This document shows positions 40,801 to 48,849 of a DNA stretch of 64,000 nt, piece by piece. The stretch spans positions 339 to 64,338 of IMG/VR virus record IMGVR_UViG_3300006919_000052; one strand, written 5' to 3'. The notes below the pieces were generated by a model. The model was not told the origin of the DNA. It ran no database searches and was given only the letters and a program-made list of their open reading frames with translations. This stretch comes from a virus. Taxonomy: Duplodnaviria; Caudoviricetes. A program made the position numbers and the translations under genes. Within the stretch, counting starts at the first letter, position 1; each line of letters begins with the position of its first letter.

Positions 40801-41679
40801 GGTAATGCTTATCCAGAAGTAGGTGATGAAATAAGAGTATCGGGAAGTCTTGTAGCAGGTAGTGGATTCTTTGGGTATGTAGATACCTCAGGAACTTTAG
40901 GTGCAGGACCACAAAATGTTTATGTAGGAGTTAACGCAGCAGGAATTGTTTCTACTGGAATGACATTATGTACTAGTATTACACCAACACCTACTAGAAC
41001 GATTAGTATAACACCTTCAAAATCTATAACACCTAGTTATACACCTACTAAAACCCCATCTAGAACACCTTCTAGAACACCTAGTAGAACAGTAACACCT
41101 TCAAGTACACCAACTTTATTCCAATACCAATCAGTTAGTTCAGAAGGTTCAGGTGCAACGACAATTTCAACAGCTTGTGGTACATTTTCAAACCAAACTT
41201 CATTCTGGGTTGCTCGTCCATCATTATCTCAAATTCAAGTAGGAGATGAAATTTATAAAAACTCAGCAGGTACTGTAACATGGGTAGGAGGTTTATATTA
41301 TTATGGTATCCATGAAGTTGATGGATTTGGTGCTACAAGATATATGAGAGTAAACAATGCAGGTGAAGTTACTAGCACTGGTACTTGTACTTCTCCAACA
41401 CCAACACCAACAAGAACCCCTTCATCAACACCAGCTGGTTTAAATGCCTTATCATTAGGTTATAATGTTGATGATGGAGATGATGCTTGTATAGATCATA
41501 CTTTCAGTCCAACAACATTCTATTCAAATTGTTCATCATTTGGTAGTGGATGTACCATATACTTTAATTCAACAGGTACTAAACATGCTCCTGCAGGATA
41601 TTATGCAGATGGAACATCAGCTGGGTCTAAAACAGCAACAGGAACAATTACTTTAACACAATTATGTAATCAATTTTAG
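37891..41679 (+). CDS. split structural protein part 2 with long mucin-like stalk and three two-Cys tip domains
   Basis: IGVITVPSKLYGDYIQPG...ITDDG...GNVIYEHG core, then a very long S/T/P/I/K/R repeat. Confidence 0.85.
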   Translation: MAFFNDDNVGIDRYFGKPGNYLNSQSLSSTDSVYFVPEVLVYANASQLYYTNYISGSYGEISDAIVPTENLDGTLTPPSGSDNIYNTTYYNYEETTLNPQKSFPTSQSIGVITVPSKLYGDYIQPGTVKIESPNSGTITDDGNGRLRITGSSGNSLFVGNVIYEHGMIILANTLTDADYDTLSIQPSPSITPTTTPSSTPSISITRTPSITPTVTPSITVSKSVSATPSMSISATPSVSISSTPSISISTTPSVSISKSITPTTSKSVSVTRTPSVSISKSVSVTPSITISKSITRTPTSTTTPSTTPSISITPSISISATPSNTPSISISKSISATPSISISKSISATPSTSVTPSNSVSKSISATRTPSVTPSITISKSVSVTPSISITSSTTPSPSITISKSITRTPTRTPSISISKTPSITPSITISKTPSITISKSISNTPSISITPSTSVTPSVSFSVTPSISISKTPSISITPSISITPSISISATPSITPSITVSKSISATPSISITPSITVSKSISKTPSVTISKSISATPSVSISKSITPSISISKTPSITVSKSITRTPSVTPSKSISRTPSVTRTPSITPSISISPTPESSVTPSASITRTPSITPSISISRTPSITVSKSISRTPTVTITPSITISKSISATPSVSISKTPSITISKSISATPSISITPSITVSPSRTPSVTPSISISRTPSVTRTSSVTPSITISKSITRTPTRTPSISITASTTPSPSITISKSITRTPSRTPSITISKSITRTPSVTATRTVTPTRTATTTRTPSTTRTPSITPTRTFTPTRTPSKSITRTPSVTPSITISKSITRTPSKTPSKSITRTPSITATTTRTPSRTPSKSITRTPSRTPSKSITRTPSKTPSITISKSISRTPTVTRTPSITISKSISRTPTPTPSRKLSDIDIFIAVSSWSATKDMDAFSYNSCNVIGFGANQYSVDLIKSVANGAGNAYPEVGDEIRVSGSLVAGSGFFGYVDTSGTLGAGPQNVYVGVNAAGIVSTGMTLCTSITPTPTRTISITPSKSITPSYTPTKTPSRTPSRTPSRTVTPSSTPTLFQYQSVSSEGSGATTISTACGTFSNQTSFWVARPSLSQIQVGDEIYKNSAGTVTWVGGLYYYGIHEVDGFGATRYMRVNNAGEVTSTGTCTSPTPTPTRTPSSTPAGLNALSLGYNVDDGDDACIDHTFSPTTFYSNCSSFGSGCTIYFNSTGTKHAPAGYYADGTSAGSKTATGTITLTQLCNQF
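38446..40650 (+). repeat. degenerate coding tandem repeat (TPSISI / SKSITR / TPSITI units)
   Basis: recurring ACACCTAGTATTAGTATA, AGTAAATCWAT and ACTAGAACACC; in frame with synonymous variation. Confidence 0.95.
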
Positions 41680-41699
41680 ATAATTTTAAAAAATAAAAT

Positions 41700-42224
41700 A
41701 TGGGGTTATTAAATATAAATCATAATCAATTACATTATTATAACGGTAATAATATTAGTGTTTTACTTGATCACATGGGTAATGTAAAAATGCTTTATAC
41801 AAATACAGGAAAACATATAGATGATTGTCCTAGCTATATAAATAGTTTTGCCCGAAAATTAAAAACTTTAGAGTTTGATTCTATTTTAATAGGTGGAGCA
41901 GGTTTAGGAATATTAGCTCATTGGGTAGATACAAATACTTCTTGTTCTAAAATAGATGTAATTGAAAATGAAAATGAAGTAATTACTTGGCTAAGTGAAA
42001 GTAATCACTTATCTTCAGATATTAATATTATAGAGGGAGATGCCTTTAAATATAATATAACTTCAAGTTATGATTTAATATTAATGGATTTATGGTGGGA
42101 CACATCAGGTAATTATAATAATGATGAATTAGAATTAATAACAAAATATTCTAGTAGTTTAAATGAAAGTGGATCTTTATATTTTCCAATTAATAGTAAA
42201 GTATTAAACTTAGAATCAATATAA
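41700..42224 (+). CDS. class I SAM-dependent methyltransferase (spermidine synthase-like fold)
   Basis: ILIGGAGLG, IDVIE, IIEGDAF, YDLILMDLW. Confidence 0.8.
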   Translation: MGLLNINHNQLHYYNGNNISVLLDHMGNVKMLYTNTGKHIDDCPSYINSFARKLKTLEFDSILIGGAGLGILAHWVDTNTSCSKIDVIENENEVITWLSESNHLSSDINIIEGDAFKYNITSSYDLILMDLWWDTSGNYNNDELELITKYSSSLNESGSLYFPINSKVLNLESI

Positions 42225-42242
42225 TATTTATTATAAAATAAC

Positions 42243-42569
42243 ATGGGTACAAGAGATAGTTTTTTACAAGCTTTTATAGGTGAAATGGATGTGACTATGT
42301 CATTTTCTAGTTCCTATGAAATTTTTGAAACTCAATATAAATGTACAATAGGTTCTGAAGAATATAATTATACTAATAACCCAACTGTTCTATCAGGAAG
42401 TCAAGGGCAACCTTATGATTATGCAACTGGATCATTTTTCTCTCCTTATGTTACTTGTGTAGGACTATATGATGAAGCTTATAATTTATTAGCAGTAGGA
42501 AAATTAGCACAACCATTACCAACATCTCGTACAACAGATACTACAATTTTGGTTAATATAGATAGATAA
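42243..42569 (+). CDS. split structural protein part 3 (C-terminal domain)
   Basis: EYNYTNNPTVLSGS...YVTCVGLYDEAYNLLAVGKLAQPL aligns with the C-terminus of 36165; ATATTTATT upstream at 42224. Confidence 0.8.
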   Translation: MGTRDSFLQAFIGEMDVTMSFSSSYEIFETQYKCTIGSEEYNYTNNPTVLSGSQGQPYDYATGSFFSPYVTCVGLYDEAYNLLAVGKLAQPLPTSRTTDTTILVNIDR

Positions 42570-42574
42570 AATTA

Positions 42575-42604
42575 TTTGGTTATTAAGTAAAATGGTCGTA
42601 TATT
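42575..42604 (+). promoter_or_regulatory. class I promoter TTTGG-N17-CGTATATT for the GT60 operon
   Basis: TTTGG 42575-42579, CGTATATT 42597-42604. Confidence 0.8.
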
Positions 42605-42623
42605 ATAATAAAAGTTATATCCA

Positions 42624-44054
42624 ATGTCAAAATCTAAAGGGCTGGGTGATACAGTAGCCAAAATCACTAAATTTTTTAAAATAGATAAACTTGTTAAATC
42701 CATAGATGAAGATTGTGGGTGTGATAAAAGGCAAGAGTATTTAAATAAAATAGTACCTTATAAATCGTCTAAAAAAGACGAAAGTATTTTTGTACAAATA
42801 GCATCATATAGAGACCCCGAATTAAATAATACTTTAGAAGATTTATTTAAAAATGCTCAAAACCCAGATAATCTTAAAGTTTGTATTGCTTGGCAACATG
42901 ATGATAAAGATAAATGGGATCAATTAGATAAATATCAAAATGATAGTAGGGTTTTAATTTTAGATATTCCTTATAAAGAATCAAATGGTGTATGTTGGGC
43001 TAGAAATATGATTCAACAATATTATACTGATGAAACTTATACTTTACAATTAGATTCCCATCATAGATTTATTAAAAACTGGGATACAGAATTAATTAAA
43101 ATGTATAAAGGCCTTCAGAAAAAAGGACATAAAAAACCTTTAATAACTAGTTATTTACCCTCATACTTCCCAGAAAAAGATCCTAAAGATAGAACACAAG
43201 AGTGTTGGCAACAAGATTTTAATAGATTTACTCCTGAAGGTTATATATTTACTTTTCCTTCCCTAATTTCAGGGTGGGAAAATTTAGATTCTCCTGTTCC
43301 AGGAAGATTTTATTCTGCCCATTTTGCTTTTGCAGGAGGAGCATTTTGTAATGAGGTACAACATGATCCCGAAATGTATTTTCATGGTGAAGAACCTAGT
43401 ATAGCTGCTAGAGCTTTTACTTGGGGTTATGATATTTTTCACCCTCATAAAATTATAGCATGGCATTTTTATAGTAGAAACGGTTTTATAAAACATTGGG
43501 ATGATCATAGTAATTGGAACGACATTGATGAACATTCCCATTTAAGATATCGAACTTTACATGAAATGGACGGACATAAATGTACACCATGTGCTAAAAA
43601 TGCTTTGGGAAAATATTATTTTGGGGAAGTAAGAACCCTAGAAGAATATGAGCGTTATGCTGGATTAAAATTTGGAGATAGAACAGTAACCCAATTTACT
43701 TTAGATAGAAATGTACCTCCTAATCCACCAGATAAATATGAAGGTATGTTAAGACCTCATTTTAAACATTGTATTGATGTACATCAAGACCATTTTAATG
43801 AAGATGATTATGATTTTTGGGTAGTTTCTTTTGAAATGGAAGATGGTACAGTAGTAGATAGACAAGATGCAGATGCTAATGAATTAAAAAGATTATTAGA
43901 GCAAGCTAAAGGAGATGATGGTTGGGTTAGAATTTGGAGAGAATTTTTTGGACAAAAACCTGATAAATGGGTTATATGGCCTCATTCCGAATCTAAGGGA
44001 TATATTGAAAGATATGAAGTAAAATTAAATAAAGGAATAGAACCACCTCAATGA
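42624..44054 (+). CDS. GT60 family (polypeptide/hydroxyproline alpha-GlcNAc transferase-like) glycosyltransferase with N-terminal GLGD/CGC domain
   Basis: IFVQIASYRDPEL, GVCWAR, LQLDSHHRF..WD (DSH), YFHGEE..AARAFTWGYDIFHP, WHFYSR. Confidence 0.88.
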   Translation: MSKSKGLGDTVAKITKFFKIDKLVKSIDEDCGCDKRQEYLNKIVPYKSSKKDESIFVQIASYRDPELNNTLEDLFKNAQNPDNLKVCIAWQHDDKDKWDQLDKYQNDSRVLILDIPYKESNGVCWARNMIQQYYTDETYTLQLDSHHRFIKNWDTELIKMYKGLQKKGHKKPLITSYLPSYFPEKDPKDRTQECWQQDFNRFTPEGYIFTFPSLISGWENLDSPVPGRFYSAHFAFAGGAFCNEVQHDPEMYFHGEEPSIAARAFTWGYDIFHPHKIIAWHFYSRNGFIKHWDDHSNWNDIDEHSHLRYRTLHEMDGHKCTPCAKNALGKYYFGEVRTLEEYERYAGLKFGDRTVTQFTLDRNVPPNPPDKYEGMLRPHFKHCIDVHQDHFNEDDYDFWVVSFEMEDGTVVDRQDADANELKRLLEQAKGDDGWVRIWREFFGQKPDKWVIWPHSESKGYIERYEVKLNKGIEPPQ

Positions 44055-45316
44055 GAAAAATAATGCTACATCTCCCTGCTTATAGGGAACCCGAATTAAT
44101 ACCTACTATTAAAGATGCATTAGCCCAAGCTAAAAATCCTAAAAGAATACATTTTGGTATTTGTAGGCAATATAATCCTGAGGATGGTTTTGATAATTTA
44201 GATGAATTTAGGGATGATCCTAGATTTAAAATATCAGATATCCCTTATGAAGAAGCTAAAGGTTTACCCTATGCTAGAGCTATTATAAATGAAGAGTTAT
44301 TAGATGATGAAGATTTTGTTTTACAGTTAGATGCTCATCATAGATTTGCAAAAGACTGGGATGCAACTTTAATTAAATGGTATGATAAATTAAAAAAGAA
44401 GGGTAAAAATCCTTTAATATGTGGTTATTTACCATATTATAACCCATTTAATGACCCAGCAGAAAGAGTAAATGAGCCATGGTTTAGTGAAGCAGCATGT
44501 TTTTATCCACATGGTACTATATTTATTCGCCCTACAGGATATCATCATGTAGACTATAAAACATTAAAAGAACCAGTACCAGCTAGATTTATTTCAGGTC
44601 ATTTTTGTTTTGGTCCAAATAAATGGGCTAAAACAGTAAAACATGATCCTGAAATATATTTTTCAGGAGAAGAATTAAATTTATCGGTTAGAAGTTTTAC
44701 ACATGGTTATGATTTATTCCACCCCCACCAAGTAGTTGTTTGGCATGCTACAATGAGAGAAGAAAGGGATAATATGTTAATATGGGATGATCAATCTAAG
44801 CGTGGGGATGATATGTGGTGGAGACAACAAGATATAGGGAGAGCTAGAATTAGACAACTTATAGGAGTTGAAGATAATGGTTATGATTTAGGTGAATATG
44901 GTTTAGGTAATGTTCGTACTATAAGAGATTATGAAAAATATGCTGGTATTCATTTTAAGAAAAAATCATTCCAAAAATATACTAGAGACAATAAATTCCC
45001 TCCAAACCCTATAATTGAAGATGAACAAGAATGGGAGGATAGTTTTATGTTTTCATTTTATCATTTAGTAAATGTTACTCCTGACCAACTACCAGCTAAA
45101 GATTATAATTTTATTTTAATAGCATATGATGATAAAGATGGAAATAGTATTGATAGTGAATATATAGATGATTATAGATTAAAACAATTTTTAGAAGAAG
45201 GTAAACCTATCCATTATGAAAAAATGTTTATGACAGATGAAAATCCTGCAAGGGTAGTATATTGGGGACACAGTGAAAAAAGAGGATGGGTTGAAAGAAT
45301 AGAATCAAAAATCTAA
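44051..45316 (+). CDS. second GT60 family glycosyltransferase
   Basis: LPAYREPEL, GLPYAR, LQLDAHHRF..WD, YFSGEE..SVRSFTHGYDLFHP; paralog of the upstream gene. Confidence 0.85.
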   Translation: MRKIMLHLPAYREPELIPTIKDALAQAKNPKRIHFGICRQYNPEDGFDNLDEFRDDPRFKISDIPYEEAKGLPYARAIINEELLDDEDFVLQLDAHHRFAKDWDATLIKWYDKLKKKGKNPLICGYLPYYNPFNDPAERVNEPWFSEAACFYPHGTIFIRPTGYHHVDYKTLKEPVPARFISGHFCFGPNKWAKTVKHDPEIYFSGEELNLSVRSFTHGYDLFHPHQVVVWHATMREERDNMLIWDDQSKRGDDMWWRQQDIGRARIRQLIGVEDNGYDLGEYGLGNVRTIRDYEKYAGIHFKKKSFQKYTRDNKFPPNPIIEDEQEWEDSFMFSFYHLVNVTPDQLPAKDYNFILIAYDDKDGNSIDSEYIDDYRLKQFLEEGKPIHYEKMFMTDENPARVVYWGHSEKRGWVERIESKI

Positions 45317-46299
45317 TGATAGTATACCATTTAGAAACTCCATGTCATTGGCTTGGGTGGCATGACGTATTTAATCAATTATCTAACCATATAAACAATA
45401 AGTATAATGCTACTTATTACCATAAACTTCCAATTATATCAAAAGATAATGATCATCTTTATATAGATAAATTTAATTTAAAACAAAAAGATTGTGAATT
45501 AATAATTTATGATGAAAAAAATGATATTTTAAAAGCTGTTACTTGGTGTGAGGTCCATAACTGTGGAGGTGAAGAAGAATGTTTATTAGATCTATTTAAA
45601 AAAAGAAACAATAAAAATGATATTCTTTTAATAACCCATCAAAGTACATGGTTTTATGAATTAGAAGAACAAAAAACATATTTAAAAGGGAATTGGAATT
45701 TTACAATTGAATCAACCCCCTTTTATACTTTTTCAAGTCCTATAGATCATGATGTTTTTTATGAAAAAAGAAAATTAATAAATTATAAAGATTTAAATGA
45801 TCAGATGTTTTGGTTATCTACTACTCGTAGAGAAGACCCATTTAAATTAAGAGAATTAGGTTTATGTAATAAAGGAGAAAAATCTTTAAAAATTGAAGAA
45901 TATTTAGATTTATCAATTAATTACAAAGTAGGATTATCCATTTCAAGCTTAGCTGAAATATGTTATAGAGACATAGAATACATGGCTACAGGAATCCCAA
46001 TGTTAAGATTAGAATATAAAGGAGAATATACACCTCAATTAATACCTAATTACCATTATATAGCAATTAACAGAGAAAAATATAACTTCCCAGGATCTAA
46101 AAATAACAAAAATTGGACTACTAATGACGATAGGATAGGAGGAGATATTTATGTACAAGCATATAAAGAAAGATTTTTAGAAGTAAAAGATGATTTTGAG
46201 TTTTTAAATCAAATATCTATAAATGCTAGAAAATATTATGAGGATTATTGTAAACCCTCTACTAGAGTTAATTATTTATTATCACGTTTAAAATTATAG
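45316..46299 (+). CDS. putative glycosyltransferase (GT-B-like C-terminus)
   Basis: YKVGLSI...EICYRDIEYMATGIP...LIPNYHYI...QISINARKYYE. Confidence 0.6.
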   Translation: MIVYHLETPCHWLGWHDVFNQLSNHINNKYNATYYHKLPIISKDNDHLYIDKFNLKQKDCELIIYDEKNDILKAVTWCEVHNCGGEEECLLDLFKKRNNKNDILLITHQSTWFYELEEQKTYLKGNWNFTIESTPFYTFSSPIDHDVFYEKRKLINYKDLNDQMFWLSTTRREDPFKLRELGLCNKGEKSLKIEEYLDLSINYKVGLSISSLAEICYRDIEYMATGIPMLRLEYKGEYTPQLIPNYHYIAINREKYNFPGSKNNKNWTTNDDRIGGDIYVQAYKERFLEVKDDFEFLNQISINARKYYEDYCKPSTRVNYLLSRLKL

Positions 46300-46301
46300 A
46301 T

Positions 46302-47177
46302 ATGCCTTTAATAAAAGATAAATTAGCTATTTGTTATACATGCTTTGGGGAAACTTTTAGAGAAAGTACTATAAACAAATTACAAAATTTATACATTGAT
46401 GATGAAAACCTTTTTTATTTTATATTAACTGATGATAAAAAATATTTTAAAAATATTAAAAGGAAAAATTTAATAGTAAACGAAATTAAAGATTTTTATA
46501 AAGAATATCCTCATATAGAAGAATATGAACCCATAATAGAAGCAAAAGATAAAAATGAATATGCTAAAATTTTTACAGAGAAAAACTATTTATTTCCTTT
46601 TTCTTTAATGAGATTTCATTTTTTACAAGCAATAAAATATAATATTAGTAATATATCTTTGATTTGTACTGATACTAGAATTAATTTAGATTTTTTACCT
46701 TTAATGGAATTAGAACCTAATACCATAATTAATACTATATCAGAATGGGATGAAAGTACTAGTAAATTTGGTATGAATGTTATTAGTGACTTTCTAAAAA
46801 AAGAATATAATCACCAAATAGACCAAAAGGTAAGAGTATTAGATGCAGCAGCTAGGATTTTTTGTTTTAGAGATATTAAACAAGCAAAAGATTTTTTTGA
46901 TGTTTGGGATAAAGTTATGCTTTATTTATATGAATCTAATCAAATTAATATATTTAAAGGATCTTATGTAATAAATGATGAATATATTTTGGCTCCCATA
47001 TATAGGATGTTTAAATTGAATAATAAACATTGTCATTCTTGTTCATCTCATCGTTTATTTGAAGTAAAACATAATGTTAAAAAAGAAAGATTTTGGAAAA
47101 CATTAGGTTATGATGGGTTACAAGAACATACTAATTACGAAGAATTTTTAAAACTAAATAATTTAAATAATGGCTAA
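46302..47177 (+). CDS. putative GT-A-like transferase
   Basis: FILTDD, CTDT, NDEYIL; operon context. Confidence 0.45.
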   Translation: MPLIKDKLAICYTCFGETFRESTINKLQNLYIDDENLFYFILTDDKKYFKNIKRKNLIVNEIKDFYKEYPHIEEYEPIIEAKDKNEYAKIFTEKNYLFPFSLMRFHFLQAIKYNISNISLICTDTRINLDFLPLMELEPNTIINTISEWDESTSKFGMNVISDFLKKEYNHQIDQKVRVLDAAARIFCFRDIKQAKDFFDVWDKVMLYLYESNQINIFKGSYVINDEYILAPIYRMFKLNNKHCHSCSSHRLFEVKHNVKKERFWKTLGYDGLQEHTNYEEFLKLNNLNNG

Positions 47178-48849
47178 TATAAGTTTTTACGGATCACATA
47201 ATGGCTCTTTAATAATTGAAGATAAAGGAGAAATATTATGTGTAATTGAAATAGAAAGGTTTTTAAATGCTAAAAATATGGGTCTAACCCAATATTTTAC
47301 TCCTAGATATATAATGATAACTTTAGAAGAAATTTTAAAGTGGGTTAAATCTGAATATGGAATAACAAAATTTGAAAATTGTTATTTTGCAAGTACAGAC
47401 TTTATAGGAGAAAATTGGAAAGGAGAACATATAACTTTTCAAACTAATACTCTTATAAATGCTAAAAACTTTATTCATTCTACACATCATGAATCACATG
47501 CTAATGGAGTATTTTATCAATCCCCTTATAAAAAAGCTTTAATATTTTCATTTGATGGTGGTGGAGATGATGGTAAATTTAATGTTTATTTAGGAGATAA
47601 AGAAAAAGGGGTTGAATTAATAGAAGTATTAAAAAACCCATTTGAACATCCTTCACGTCCTTTCTATGATTTAGGATTTGCCTATATGGTATTTGGTCAT
47701 TATTTTAAAGATATATCTTTTAATGATCTATCCCATGGTAATTTAGTATACCCAGGTAAAATAATGGGGTTAGTATCTTATGGTAATTATAGACAAGAAT
47801 GGTTAGATGATTTTATCACTTTCTTTAAAAGTGACCCTGAGGGATCAAATGATGATTATGTTAATAAAATAAATAAATTAGGAGATAAAATAGGTGTTAA
47901 ATTTAGTATAACTGAAAGATTAGAAGGACAAATAGCTTATGACATAGCTGCTACAGCTCAAAAGGCATTTGAAGAGTGTTTCCTAGAAGTTGCAGTTCCT
48001 TATTTTAAAAAATATCCTGATTTACCAGTGTGTATTACAGGAGGATGTGCTTTAAATATTATTTTAAATACTAGAGTAAAAACTGAGTTTAATAAAGAAG
48101 TATTTGTTGGACCAAATCCAAATGATTGTGGTATTGGTTTAGGTTTAATGTTAAAACATTTAAAACCCCAAACACCAATTGATATAACATATAAAGGTTT
48201 ACCTATATTAGATCAATCTACTATAGCAAGAACACTACCAGAATATCCTCATGTTAAAAAATTAATGGAAGATGATGGTTATTATCACCCATTTGAACAA
48301 TATCCACCTTCAATTTTAGTTGATGACTTAGAAAAAGGTAAAATATTAGGGATAGTAAGAGGTCAAGCAGAACATGGTCCTAGAGCTTTAGGAAATAGAA
48401 GTATTTTATGTAATCCCTCTATAGCTGAAATGAAGGATATTTTAAATGAAAAAGTAAAACATAGAGAATGGTATAGACCATTTGCACCTGTTGTTAGATT
48501 AGAAGATGTTTCTAAATATTTTGATTGGGAGGATGAAGCAAGATGGATGAGTTTCTGCCCTACAGTTAAAGAAGAATGGAGAGAAAAATTACCATCTATT
48601 ACCCATATTGATAACACAGCTAGAGTCCAAACAGTAACAAAAGAACAAAATGAATGGTTATATAATTTACTTACTGAATTTGATAAAAGAACAGGTGTAG
48701 GAGTTTTATTAAATACTTCATTTAATGTAAATGGTAAACCAATTTTATCCACTTATAGAGATGCATTCCAAATATTTGATAACGAACAATTAGAATGTTT
48801 ATTACTAGAAAATTATTATATTAGAAAAGAAGAATTTCCAAAGTTATGA
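47170..48849 (+). CDS. O-carbamoyltransferase (NodU/CmcH/TobZ family)
   Basis: SHNG, EIERF, HHESHA, FDGGGD, PGKIMGL, TGGCALN, EHGPRALGNRSIL, KHREWYRPFAP, HIDNTARVQTV, LLNTSFN. Confidence 0.95.
   Translation: MANISFYGSHNGSLIIEDKGEILCVIEIERFLNAKNMGLTQYFTPRYIMITLEEILKWVKSEYGITKFENCYFASTDFIGENWKGEHITFQTNTLINAKNFIHSTHHESHANGVFYQSPYKKALIFSFDGGGDDGKFNVYLGDKEKGVELIEVLKNPFEHPSRPFYDLGFAYMVFGHYFKDISFNDLSHGNLVYPGKIMGLVSYGNYRQEWLDDFITFFKSDPEGSNDDYVNKINKLGDKIGVKFSITERLEGQIAYDIAATAQKAFEECFLEVAVPYFKKYPDLPVCITGGCALNIILNTRVKTEFNKEVFVGPNPNDCGIGLGLMLKHLKPQTPIDITYKGLPILDQSTIARTLPEYPHVKKLMEDDGYYHPFEQYPPSILVDDLEKGKILGIVRGQAEHGPRALGNRSILCNPSIAEMKDILNEKVKHREWYRPFAPVVRLEDVSKYFDWEDEARWMSFCPTVKEEWREKLPSITHIDNTARVQTVTKEQNEWLYNLLTEFDKRTGVGVLLNTSFNVNGKPILSTYRDAFQIFDNEQLECLLLENYYIRKEEFPKL

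Noticed and set aside
37300-42242. Introns or inteins rejoining the split structural gene
   Set aside because: No group I/II core, maturase, homing nuclease or intein terminal motifs recognised; each fragment has its own ATG and stop. RT-PCR would be needed to exclude splicing fully.
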